Assembly: GCA_039191605.1 (NCBI GenBank)
Contig: JBCCXL010000017.1
Coordinates: forward strand, 19,457-83,456
Origin: Acidobacteriota bacterium
GTDB taxonomy: Bacteria > Acidobacteriota > Thermoanaerobaculia > Multivoradales > JAHZIX01
DNA: 64,000 nt
Direction: 5' to 3'
Translations under genes and position numbers: made by a program
The notes under the pieces: generated by a model
What the model was told of the DNA's origin: nothing
What the model saw: only the letters and a program-made list of their open reading frames with translations
Databases searched by the model: none
Shown here: in pieces, positions 9,924-22,127 of the stretch
Layout of the letters: every line of letters starts with the position of its first letter
Position numbering within the stretch: position 1 is the first letter of the stretch

Positions 9924-10409
9924 TCACGGCTGGCGGCAGAGCTGACTCAGCCCGTTGGCGGTAAAGAAGAGCAGCAGGCCGCCGCGCAGGCTCCAAGCTA
10001 CGGTACGAATCCAGTTGCTCGCCACCAGGCTTGCGTGGACAGCGGGATCAAAACCGGCGGCGAGACGCCCGTGAAGGGGGATCTGGATCAGGGCGGTGGA
10101 GAGCCAGATGACGGCCAGCAGCGCGATTCCGGCGAGCACCGCGGCGCGGGGCAGGAAGGGGGGGCGAGCGACTAGCAGCAGGCCTGCGGTGATCAGCTCC
10201 AGGAGCATCGCCGGGGCGACGATGGTGGTGATGCGCATCGCGTGGAGGCGCTCGTATTCCGCGAATCCGGCGGCGCCGACGGAGCCGAAGAGAGGGTAGT
10301 GAACCACCTGGATGGTCCAGATCAGGCCCACCAGGAAGAGAGTCGAACCCAGATGGAGCACGAAGGTGGCGTTGGCCAGAGTGTCCGGTGTGGGGGCGGA
10401 GGCGTTCAT
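9924..10409 (-). CDS. small multi-pass membrane protein (about 4 TM helices)
   Basis: Four hydrophobic helices are present. The start is trimmed to MNASAP so the gene does not overlap ligA. Confidence 0.5.
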   Translation of the reverse strand: MNASAPTPDTLANATFVLHLGSTLFLVGLIWTIQVVHYPLFGSVGAAGFAEYERLHAMRITTIVAPAMLLELITAGLLLVARPPFLPRAAVLAGIALLAVIWLSTALIQIPLHGRLAAGFDPAVHASLVASNWIRTVAWSLRGGLLLFFTANGLSQLCRQP

Positions 10410-10425
10410 GTGTCGGGCAATCCCG

Positions 10426-13403
<2,978 letters not shown>

Positions 13404-13441
13404 GTGGGCATCATCGCGGGGTGTGGTTCTCGGTTCGGGGC

Positions 13442-14350
13442 TCAGGCTGCGCTCGGCTGAGCGGAAGAGACGTCAGCGAGAGTCTTGCCGCGAGCCTTTT
13501 CGATGCGCTGGCTACGCTTCTGGAATTGGCCGATGGCGTATTCCGTGAACTGCTCTAGCTCGAGGCCGAAGGGCAGGGTGTCGTAGGCGGCGAAGAGCTC
13601 CTGGATCAGCAGGATGGCGGGGCCCAGCAGCTCCGCCAAGCGCTCTTCGATGGCTCGCCACACGCCGTCCCCGTGCTCCGCCACCAGGCGAGAGAGGAGG
13701 TAGACGCCGTAGGCCATATGACGGCTCTCGTCCCGCTGGAGATGGCGGACCGCCTGCTGCATGCCCGGCAGGATGCCGTTGCGCTCCAGCATGTGGCGGT
13801 AGGCGTGGTAGCCGGTCTCCGCCAGCACCCCCTCGACGATCATGTTGTAGGTCACCGAGGCGCGGGCCTGGGCCTCGGGAGAGGCGTCCTGTCGCAGCTG
13901 GGCGAGGGCGGTGGGCAGCTCCTGCTCGAAGATGATGCTGTAGCTGGGGGTGAAATAGCCGGAGAGGTCCCCCTGGTATTGGGTCACCTCCCGCAGGAAG
14001 CGATCGAAGAGCTCTACGTGCTTGGCTTCTTCCCACAGGAAGGAGGTGAGGTACATCTCTTCTTCCAGCCGTCCCTCGGAGGCGATCACGCCGATCAGCG
14101 GCAGCAGATCCACGGTGACGCTCTCCTCGCCGGCCTGGAAGAGAGTCGAGAGGCGCAGCAGCACGTCGCGCTCCAGCTCGTTGAGCTTCTCCCAATCCCG
14201 GCGATCCTGCTCGAAATCGATGTCCTGAGGATTCCAGATCCCGTGAGCCTTGGCCTTGGCCCAGAGTCGCATCGGGAAGGTTCCGTGGTCGAGGCCGCGG
14301 CGCGTGGTGTGCAGGCGGGGAGGCGTAGGGGACGTAGTCATGGGCGGCAC
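13442..14350 (-). CDS. R2-like ligand-binding oxidase / ferritin-like diiron-carboxylate protein (ribonucleotide reductase R2 fold)
   Basis: EEAKHVELF and DESRHMAYG carry the paired E..H motifs of the RNR-R2 / R2lox family. Confidence 0.65.
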   Translation of the reverse strand: MPPMTTSPTPPRLHTTRRGLDHGTFPMRLWAKAKAHGIWNPQDIDFEQDRRDWEKLNELERDVLLRLSTLFQAGEESVTVDLLPLIGVIASEGRLEEEMYLTSFLWEEAKHVELFDRFLREVTQYQGDLSGYFTPSYSIIFEQELPTALAQLRQDASPEAQARASVTYNMIVEGVLAETGYHAYRHMLERNGILPGMQQAVRHLQRDESRHMAYGVYLLSRLVAEHGDGVWRAIEERLAELLGPAILLIQELFAAYDTLPFGLELEQFTEYAIGQFQKRSQRIEKARGKTLADVSSAQPSAA

Positions 14351-14375
14351 CTCGTTGTGGTGAGAAAGGGGGGAG

Positions 14376-14438
14376 GCTTTGGCTTTCAGGGCTTGGCTTT
14401 CAGGGCTTGGCTTTCAGGGCTTGGCTTTCAGGGCTTGC
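14376..14438. repeat. 15-bp tandem direct repeat x4 (ggctttcagggcttg), intergenic
   Basis: Four perfect or near-perfect copies, read directly from the sequence. Confidence 0.9.
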
Positions 14439-14509
14439 TGATTGGGTGTCGGGGGCTGGGGTCGCGTGATCGGGGCTCGTGAATCAGGACGACGCTCAGG
14501 GAGATCCCG

Positions 14510-14974
14510 TCAGGACGACCAGCCCTCGGGGACGCTGGCCTCGAGATTGGCGGCGGTGCGCACCAGTTCGCGGGCGGCTTTGACCTGCGGAGTGAGCTTC
14601 GCCAGGCTGCCTCGGGCGAGGCGGATCTTGCCGCTCATCAGGGCAAGGAGGGGGTCGAGGTCAGATTCCAGCACTCGCTTCCACTGCGCCGGCTCGGCGG
14701 CGAGCACGAAGGGCGCCTCGGCGCGGTCTTCGTCGTTGGCCAGTCGGGCTTCGTGGCAGCGGCCGTGCTCGAGATCGAGGAAGACCGCCCGTTCACTGGG
14801 GATACCCAGATTGGGATCTGCGCTCATCACCAGCACCAGGGCTCCCTCCCAGCTGCTGGCAGCCTCGCGATAGGCCTCGCTGGTGTCCAGGGCGTCGCCC
14901 CAGGCCTGAGCCCATTCGGCGCTGAAGATCTCGGGAGGAGAGGAGGAATCGTCGCCTTTTATAGTTTGGTTCAT
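14510..14974 (-). CDS. SCP2 sterol/lipid-carrier domain protein
   Basis: The C-terminal LALMSGKIRLARGSLAKL is the SCP2 signature region. Confidence 0.65.
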   Translation of the reverse strand: MNQTIKGDDSSSPPEIFSAEWAQAWGDALDTSEAYREAASSWEGALVLVMSADPNLGIPSERAVFLDLEHGRCHEARLANDEDRAEAPFVLAAEPAQWKRVLESDLDPLLALMSGKIRLARGSLAKLTPQVKAARELVRTAANLEASVPEGWSS

Positions 14975-15064
14975 AGACCTGCTTTCCTACCACATTTTCG
15001 CCGAGGCCAGCACTCCGCCCTCGGCCCTGCTAGGATCGGCGCCCGAGGGAAGGAGAAGTACAGG

Positions 15065-16048
15065 ATGTCCGCAACCCAAACCAGCCCACCCCAGGCGCCG
15101 GCGCCGCCCCACGAGCGAACGCCGCAGGATCTCGAGTCCATGCCGTCGATGAAAGATGCCCGCCGCCGTGGCGATCGACCACCGGTCTCCGCCATCGTCA
15201 CCACCTTCAACGAGGAGCGCAATATCGCTGATTGCCTGCGCTCCATTCTGTGGTGCGACGAGATTTTGGTGGTGGATTCGTTTTCCACCGATCGCACTCC
15301 GGAAATCGTGCAGGCCTTCGAGGGCGTGCGCTTCATCCAGCGCACGTACTACGGATCCGCCGCGCAGAAGAATTGGGCGATGGATCAGGTGGAGCACGAC
15401 TGGATCTTGATCTTCGACGCCGACGAGCGCTGCATCGACGCGCTTCAGGACGAGATCGAATCCCTGCTCGCCCGAGGGCCCCGCCACGAGGCGTACACCA
15501 TTCGCCGCCGGGTGTATTTCATGGACCACCTGATCCGCTTCTCCGGCTGGCAGCACGACCAGGTGGTGCGGCTGATCCGCAAGGGCTCGGGTCGCTACCC
15601 CAACCGCCGAGTGCATGCGGACATGAAGACCAAGGGCCCGGCGCCGCTGTTGCGCAACCCGATGTTGCACTACATGGCGGACTCCTTCGACGAGTACTAC
15701 CCGCGGATCATGAAGTACAGCCTGTGGGGTGCCGCCCAGGCCTGGAAGGAAGGCAAGCGCGCGGGGGTGGCGGAGGTCTTCGGCCGCTCGGTGTGGCGCT
15801 TCCTGCGCACCTACCTGATTCAGGGAGGGATCCTGGACGGCATGTACGGCCTCGTCTTCTGCATGCTGCAGGCTTACGGGACCTACCTGAAGTGGTCGAT
15901 TCTCTGGGGCTGGAGAGTCAACGAGAGCCGCGGCATTCAGCCTGCCCTGCCGCTCTTCGATGACGACGAGAGCACCTGGCGCGGATTGGGGGAGGGGGCG
16001 GAATCCCCTGACTCTGCCGAGGGGGATGGCGGGGACGCTGCGTCCTGA
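15065..16048 (+). CDS. family 2 glycosyltransferase
   Basis: VSAIVTTFNEERNIADCL, VVDSFSTDRT and FDADER are the GT2 DxD context. The start is trimmed to the ATG after GGAGAAG. Confidence 0.8.
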   Translation: MSATQTSPPQAPAPPHERTPQDLESMPSMKDARRRGDRPPVSAIVTTFNEERNIADCLRSILWCDEILVVDSFSTDRTPEIVQAFEGVRFIQRTYYGSAAQKNWAMDQVEHDWILIFDADERCIDALQDEIESLLARGPRHEAYTIRRRVYFMDHLIRFSGWQHDQVVRLIRKGSGRYPNRRVHADMKTKGPAPLLRNPMLHYMADSFDEYYPRIMKYSLWGAAQAWKEGKRAGVAEVFGRSVWRFLRTYLIQGGILDGMYGLVFCMLQAYGTYLKWSILWGWRVNESRGIQPALPLFDDDESTWRGLGEGAESPDSAEGDGGDAAS

Positions 16049-16174
16049 CTCGGACCCCTCGCCATCGGCCTCATTGCACTTCGTCCAGAGGGTGAGTCAG
16101 CTCAGAGGAGCGTTCAACAGAGGCCGTGTAGCCAGAACCCTTTAGCGCCTGAAGTAGCTAGCAGAACCGGTTAG

Positions 16175-16456
16175 CTAGCAGCTGGCTCCCCAATTGGGGT
16201 GGTCCAGGGTGAAGCCTTCGTCACCGTCGTAATCCAGGGTGGCTCCATCCAGTTCCCGGGCGGCCATCGCGTCGAGCAGCAGCGGCAGGCCCGACGAGGT
16301 CTGGAGACTGAGATCGTCTTCCTGGGGGCGGCGGGAAACGTGGAGCCGAAAGCCCATGGCGCCGCAGCCACCGGCGAAGGCGATGCGCAGCGTTTCGTCG
16401 TCCCGCAGGTCGCGGTGGGCGGCATGGTGGGCGGCTTCGGTGCAGTGAATCCTCAT
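16175..16456 (-). CDS. HesB/IscA-like Fe-S cluster insertion protein (tentative)
   Basis: A 94-aa protein. MRIHCTEAAHHAA...LRIAFAGGCGAMGFRLHV resembles the IscA fold. The C-terminal Cys context is atypical. Confidence 0.45.
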   Translation of the reverse strand: MRIHCTEAAHHAAHRDLRDDETLRIAFAGGCGAMGFRLHVSRRPQEDDLSLQTSSGLPLLLDAMAARELDGATLDYDGDEGFTLDHPNWGASC

Positions 16457-16819
16457 AGTTATTGAGTTTATCTCAGCGCTTGCCGCGGGGCATTTGGCAC
16501 CTCTTTGGGGGCGATTCAGACCGCCATCTCTTCTCTGCCTTCGGAAGCCTTGAATAGGGTCTAGTGGGTAGTGGTAGCATGTTCTTCTGGGGCCCCGACG
16601 CAGCGTGCAAACGCTCCGTCGCCGCTCTCCTGGCGTCTGGTCCAGCGCTCTGAGACGCAACGCCGGTTCCGCAACTTAGACGCGCTGCGGCGTCCAAATC
16701 GGCGATCTCAAAGCTCAATCGAAGTCCAGGCGGTTTGCAGTCTGAGCTCTCCGTCCGACCCCTCAACCCCTTAGCGGTACCTCACCTGCATCGCCGAACA
16801 CACTGCATCGCCGAGAATC

Positions 16820-18703
16820 ATGTCCTCAAGTACGCTATCCCCAAGCTCCCCTTCCGCCGAACCGCCCCAGCTGCAGGTTGTCGATGACGTCGTGATCCGC
16901 TTTGCCGGAGACTCCGGCGACGGGATGCAGCTCACCGGGAACCAGTTCACCAATACCTCGGCCCTGGTGGGGAACGATCTATCCACGCTGCCAGACTTTC
17001 CCGCCGAAATCCGCGCACCAGCGGGCACTTTGCCCGGTGTCTCGGCATTCCAGGTGCGGATTGCGGACTTCGACATTCACACTCCGGGGGACGCGCCGGA
17101 CGTGCTGGTGGCGATGAATCCGGCGGCGCTGAAGAAGAACATCGGGGAGCTCAAGCCCAACGGCGTGATCATCGCCAACACGGATGAGTTCAACACTCGG
17201 AACTTCAAGAAGGCAAAGATCGAGTCGAATCCCCTGGAGGACGGCTCGCTGGACGGTTTCCGGCTCTTTCAGGTGGAGCTCACCACCCTGACCCGGAAGA
17301 CCCTGGAGTCGAGCCCGCTGGATACTCGCTCCAAGGACCGCTGCAAGAATCTCTTCGCCTTGGGGATGGTGTATTGGCTGTTCTCCCGGCCGCTGGAGAC
17401 CACCGAACAGTGGTTGGGCAAGAAGTTCGCGTCGAAGCCGGAGGTGGTCGAGGCGAACCTCGCTGTGCTGCGGGCCGGCTGGAATTACTGCGATATCACC
17501 GAAGCGTTCCAGATTCGCTATCAGGTGGAGCCCGCGCAGCTGGAGACGGGAACCTACCGGAACATCCACGGGAATAGCGCGATGGCGCTGGGGCTGGTGG
17601 CTGCCGGCCATCTCAGCGGTCTCCAGCTGTACCTCGGGGCCTACCCCATCACTCCCGCCAGCGACCTGCTCCATGAGTTGGCGCGGCACGCGAACCACGG
17701 GGTGATGACCTTCCAAGCGGAGGATGAGATCGCCGCCGTATGTGCTGCGATCGGTGCTTCCTATGGCGGGCATCTCGGCGTCACCGCGTCCAGCGGCCCA
17801 GGGATCGCCCTCAAAGGCGAGGCGATGAATCTGGCGGTGATGGTGGAGCTGCCCCTCGTGGTCGTCAACGTGCAGCGCGCGGGCCCCTCTACCGGAATGC
17901 CGACGAAGACCGAGCAGAGCGATTTGCTGCAGGTGCTCTTTGGACGGAATGGCGATTCGCCAGTGCCGGTGCTGGCGGCGGCGACGCCCGCCGACTGCTT
18001 CGATGTTGCCATCGAGGCCTGTCGCATCGCCCTGCGCTACATGGTGCCGGTGATGGTGCTCTCGGATGGCTACATCGCCAATGGCTCGGAACCCTGGAAG
18101 CTGCCGGATCCCGAGGTGCTGCCGGATTTGCGGCCGACTTTTCAGCCGCCGCCGGAGGAAGACAGTCCGCCCTTCGCTCCCTATTCCAGGGATGCCGAAA
18201 CCCTGGCCCGACCCTGGGCTCGACCGGGAACTCCTGGGCTGGAGCATCGCATCGGCGGCCTCGAGAAGGAAATGGGTAGCGGGAATGTCTCCTACGATCC
18301 CGCGAACCATGGGCAGATGACTCGGCTTCGGGCGGACAAGGTGGCTAGAGTGGCCCGCGAGATTCCTCCTCTCGAAGTGGATGGCCCCGACAGCGGTCGA
18401 TTGTTGGTTCTCGGTTGGGGGAGCACTGCAGGCCCGATCCAGGCGGCGGTGCGCATCGCGCGCAAGGAAGGGATCCCGGTTTCCCGAGCTCATTTGCGCT
18501 ACATCAACCCGTTCCCGTCGAACCTTTCCGAGGTTCTGAGCCGTTTCGAAACGGTGCTGGTTCCGGAGATGAACTCTGGACAGCTCGCTCTGCTACTGAG
18601 GGCCCACACCCTCAAGCCGGTGGAGAGTTATCCCAAGGTCGAGGGACGCCCCTTTACCCGAGACGAGATCGTCACCAAGATTCGCGAGCTCTTGGCAAGC
18701 TAA
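16820..18703 (+). CDS. korA: 2-oxoglutarate/2-oxoacid:ferredoxin oxidoreductase alpha subunit
   Basis: VIRFAGDSGDGMQLTGNQF and the pyruvate-flavodoxin oxidoreductase core domain are present. It is followed by the beta-subunit gene. Confidence 0.85.
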   Translation: MSSSTLSPSSPSAEPPQLQVVDDVVIRFAGDSGDGMQLTGNQFTNTSALVGNDLSTLPDFPAEIRAPAGTLPGVSAFQVRIADFDIHTPGDAPDVLVAMNPAALKKNIGELKPNGVIIANTDEFNTRNFKKAKIESNPLEDGSLDGFRLFQVELTTLTRKTLESSPLDTRSKDRCKNLFALGMVYWLFSRPLETTEQWLGKKFASKPEVVEANLAVLRAGWNYCDITEAFQIRYQVEPAQLETGTYRNIHGNSAMALGLVAAGHLSGLQLYLGAYPITPASDLLHELARHANHGVMTFQAEDEIAAVCAAIGASYGGHLGVTASSGPGIALKGEAMNLAVMVELPLVVVNVQRAGPSTGMPTKTEQSDLLQVLFGRNGDSPVPVLAAATPADCFDVAIEACRIALRYMVPVMVLSDGYIANGSEPWKLPDPEVLPDLRPTFQPPPEEDSPPFAPYSRDAETLARPWARPGTPGLEHRIGGLEKEMGSGNVSYDPANHGQMTRLRADKVARVAREIPPLEVDGPDSGRLLVLGWGSTAGPIQAAVRIARKEGIPVSRAHLRYINPFPSNLSEVLSRFETVLVPEMNSGQLALLLRAHTLKPVESYPKVEGRPFTRDEIVTKIRELLAS

Positions 18704-18801
18704 TCCCAGCCCTCGAAGGGCACTACGACCTTCGATATTCTGGCTACGGCCGTTGAAGATTCGTTCAACGCGGTTTATCCAACGCCTCGACGAGGTTTTT
18801 C

Positions 18802-19818
18802 ATGAGCAAGCCCCCAGCCCTGAAACTCAAGGATTTCCAGTCGGATCAGGATGTCCGCTGGTGCCCTGGATGCGGTGATTACGCCATTTTGAAGGCGGTG
18901 CAGGCGGTGTTCCCGACCCTCGGGATTCCGAAAGAGGAATTTGTCGTAGTCTCCGGGATTGGCTGCTCCAGCCGCTTCCCTTACTACATGAATACCTACG
19001 GCTTCCACACCATCCATGGCCGAGCGCCGGCGGTGGCCACCGGCCTGAAAATGAGCCGGCCAGAGCTGGAAGTCTGGGTGGTGACCGGCGATGGTGACGC
19101 GCTCTCCATCGGCGGCAATCACTTCCTGCATATGTTGCGGCGCAATGTAGGGCTGAAGGTGCTGCTCTTCAACAACCGAATCTACGGTTTGACCAAGGGC
19201 CAGTACTCGCCCACCAGTGAAGTGGGGAAGCGCACCAAGTCGACTCCCGACGGCTCGCTGGACAACCCCTTCAACCCGCTGGCGGTAGCTCTTGGAGCAG
19301 GCGCGACCTTCGTCGCCCGCGGAGTCGATATTTTTGTGCCGCATCTCAAGGCTGTGCTCCAGCGCGCCGCCGCCCATCGCGGAACGGCCTTTATCGAGAT
19401 CTATCAGAACTGCAACATCTTCAACGATGGGGCCTTCAAGAACGTCACCGACAAGGCGGTGAAGGACGAAGACGTGCTCTATCTGGAGCACGGCAAGCCG
19501 CTGGTCTACGGCAAGGAGAATCGTCGCGGTCTGCGCCGCAGAGGGTTTGGCCTCGAGGTGATTGAGCTCGGTCCCGACGATGCGGGGGTGGAGGAGTGCC
19601 TAGTCTTTGATGAGACCTGCTCCGACCCTGCCTTGGCCTTTGCTCTCGCCCACGTAATGCCGCCGGATGGACCTACTCCAGTAGGCGTGCTGCGGTCGGT
19701 CGAGGCGCCGACCTATGAATCGGGAGTACTCCAGAAGATGGAGGCCGCCGCGGATGAGCGCGGCCAAGGTACCCTTCAAGGTTTGCTTCATGGCGGCGAC
19801 ACCTGGACCGTCGACTGA
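18802..19818 (+). CDS. korB: 2-oxoglutarate/2-oxoacid:ferredoxin oxidoreductase beta subunit (TPP-binding)
   Basis: WCPGCGDYAIL and the GDGD..SIGGNH TPP motif. Confidence 0.85.
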   Translation: MSKPPALKLKDFQSDQDVRWCPGCGDYAILKAVQAVFPTLGIPKEEFVVVSGIGCSSRFPYYMNTYGFHTIHGRAPAVATGLKMSRPELEVWVVTGDGDALSIGGNHFLHMLRRNVGLKVLLFNNRIYGLTKGQYSPTSEVGKRTKSTPDGSLDNPFNPLAVALGAGATFVARGVDIFVPHLKAVLQRAAAHRGTAFIEIYQNCNIFNDGAFKNVTDKAVKDEDVLYLEHGKPLVYGKENRRGLRRRGFGLEVIELGPDDAGVEECLVFDETCSDPALAFALAHVMPPDGPTPVGVLRSVEAPTYESGVLQKMEAAADERGQGTLQGLLHGGDTWTVD

Positions 19819-21565
19819 CGGTTCCGAAGCATCCAATCCAGCATCTCCGGGCTCACCCGGAGACGGGGCTCCTAGGGCGTCCCGGGACGGCGTCCAGGAT
19901 CCGGCGGATTCCCGTCTCTGGCTGAAGATTGCCTGTGGTGTGGGCCTCAGCGTGGCGGTGCTTCACGCCGCCGCGGCGATCAGTGCCGGGGAGGTTTTCC
20001 ACAACGACGGGCTAGATTACGCGCAGATCGCCCGGGAGCTGGTGCGGGGGGAGGGTTTCGCCTCCCGTCAGGCGATCTATGCTCTGCATCTGGAATGGCT
20101 GTTGGCGGCGGATCAGCTGGAGCAGCCTTGGGCCAATCTTCACCGTTTCCCCCTGCCTTCCCTGACCCTGGCCCTGGCCTTTTGGCTCTTCGGGGCTTTG
20201 AGCTGGGTGATTCAGGTGCACTCTGCCCTCTGGGTGGGGGGGACGGCGGGTCTGCTGTGGTTGTGGGGGCGACGGGCTCTCGGCCGCTGGGGGGCGTGGG
20301 CCGCGGCCGGAACGGTAGCGGCCTCGGCGGGGCTGATGGAGGGGGTGCAAGGAGGAACGCCGGAGCCCCAGAGCGCCTTTCTCGCCACCCTCGCGCTCTA
20401 TCTGCTGTGGCGGCCCTCGACGCAGCGGGAGGGACCGCTGCCGCCGGGGCGACTGGCCTTCGTGGGGATGCTCGGTGGAGCGCTACTGCTCTCCCGCACC
20501 AACGCGGTGACCCTGCTTCCGGGGCTGATGTTGCTGGCGATGGAGTGGCGCTCCCGGCGAGACGGCCGGTGGTCCCGCCGCGCCCGCCCGCTAGCGGCTC
20601 TCTGCCTCTTGTTGTGGTACCTGGCGGCGGCGGCGCCGTGGATGGCGCGTAACGCAGCCCTCACCGGCAGCCCCACCTTTTCCCTGCACTCTTACTATCT
20701 GATGCCCTCCGGCGCGGTGCCGGGGGAAACCAAGAAGGATTTCACCCTGCCTTGGGTGCGTACCTTCGTGTCGCCGGCGGAATACTTTGCCGAGCATCAA
20801 GAGGAGGTTGTGAAGAAGTGGTGGGTGCGCACCAAGGTGCTGGCGCAGGACTTCCCGACCTTCGGCGGGGCGGTGCTGGCTTTGCCCCTGGCGCTACTGG
20901 CGCTGCGACGACGCTACGGCGGGGAGCTGGTCTCGACCCTGGGGGCCACCTTCTTGGCCTTCGCCGGAAACGCCTTGCTCTGTGGCTTTACCGACGTGAA
21001 TCCCGAGCGCTACTACTACTTCCTGCTGCCTCCCCTGCTGCTGGGGGCGGTGGCGGCCCTGGTGGGTTGGACCGGGGTAGAGCAGCGCGGGGCGGCGTGG
21101 CGGCAGCGGGCTCTGTTTACCGCGACGGCGTTGTTGCTGGCGGGGATCCCTCTGTTCATCGAACGCTGGCAGTTCCTCTCGACCAAGGCGTCCACCCGCA
21201 TCGATCTCGAGCAGTTGGCGGAGGTCACCGCGGCGACGGAGGCGGGGGACGTGGTGTTGAGCGATCGCTCGGCCCAGGTGGTTTGGCATACGGATCGCCG
21301 CTCTGTCCGCGCCCACTACGCCACCTGCGCCACTCATCCCTGCAGCGGCCTGCCGGTGGTTGCGGCGCTGGAGATGGATAACGCCTACGGCATCGTTGAT
21401 GCGGTCTACCTGACGCCCTTCTGGAGCCGGAAGCCGGAACGAGCGGCGATGGTGGAGAGGCTGCTGGCCCGGCCAGAGTTTCGGGCCCGCTACGATTGTG
21501 AGGATAGTGCTCCACCCTTCGACGACGGAGCGATCTTTTGTCGCCGTCACCGTGGGCCTCCATGA
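19790..21565 (+). CDS. polytopic membrane glycosyltransferase, ArnT/PMT-like (GT39/GT83-type), tentative
   Basis: There are about 12 TM helices. The N-terminal loop DGLDYAQIARELVRGEGF resembles the ArnT/PMT catalytic loop. The start is uncertain and overlaps the korB end. Confidence 0.45.
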   Translation: MAATPGPSTDGSEASNPASPGSPGDGAPRASRDGVQDPADSRLWLKIACGVGLSVAVLHAAAAISAGEVFHNDGLDYAQIARELVRGEGFASRQAIYALHLEWLLAADQLEQPWANLHRFPLPSLTLALAFWLFGALSWVIQVHSALWVGGTAGLLWLWGRRALGRWGAWAAAGTVAASAGLMEGVQGGTPEPQSAFLATLALYLLWRPSTQREGPLPPGRLAFVGMLGGALLLSRTNAVTLLPGLMLLAMEWRSRRDGRWSRRARPLAALCLLLWYLAAAAPWMARNAALTGSPTFSLHSYYLMPSGAVPGETKKDFTLPWVRTFVSPAEYFAEHQEEVVKKWWVRTKVLAQDFPTFGGAVLALPLALLALRRRYGGELVSTLGATFLAFAGNALLCGFTDVNPERYYYFLLPPLLLGAVAALVGWTGVEQRGAAWRQRALFTATALLLAGIPLFIERWQFLSTKASTRIDLEQLAEVTAATEAGDVVLSDRSAQVVWHTDRRSVRAHYATCATHPCSGLPVVAALEMDNAYGIVDAVYLTPFWSRKPERAAMVERLLARPEFRARYDCEDSAPPFDDGAIFCRRHRGPP

Positions 21566-22127
21566 TCGGTGAGCGCGGCATAGCCGTCAGCTCTCGCTGT
21601 TTTTAGGTACTGAAATTTGGCAGGAAGTTAAGTTGAACGAATGCATTTGAAGTTGGACAAAAGTTTGACGAGCCGGAGGTTGCTTCGACATGGCCGACTT
21701 CGTGTGTTAAAACAGCGGACGATCTCGACAACGCGGAGCAGATTCTCGGCCGTTACCGCCGGTGTTGGTAAGAGCTCTTCCTCAGCGCTCGCTCCCTTCC
21801 AGATATCGAGCAGGTACCCAGCCTCGGGATTCTCGAGGCCGCTGCCCACTGAGGCTGCCTGCCGAAGCTTCCTGGCTCCCTGGTTTTGCCCCCGCTTCTC
21901 GGGGAACGCTACGTCTCGGGATCGTGATTCACGACCTCTTGTCCGCCGCCGCTCTGCTCTACGGTGCCCCGTTTGATGGCGCCTTGGCCCAGCGTCTCGG
22001 CCTTCCACTCGCTTCCCCTTCCGGATCGCTCAGCGGTCCCTGAGCTCTTCCAGTCGACGAGGGCTCGGCGCGTCGCCTCGGCACGCGACACCCTTGCTGG
22101 AACCCTAAGCTACGGAGCCCCCGCACG

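Noticed and set aside
16480-16500. TTGGCAC-N5-TTGG resembling a sigma54 -24/-12 promoter upstream of korA
   Set aside because: The -12 element lacks the conserved GC dinucleotide, and the site lies more than 300 bp from the korA start.
19715-19789. Upstream ATG extension of the membrane glycosyltransferase
   Set aside because: It would overlap korB by 100 nt. A later in-frame ATG is preferred, but the true start may be a GTG further downstream.
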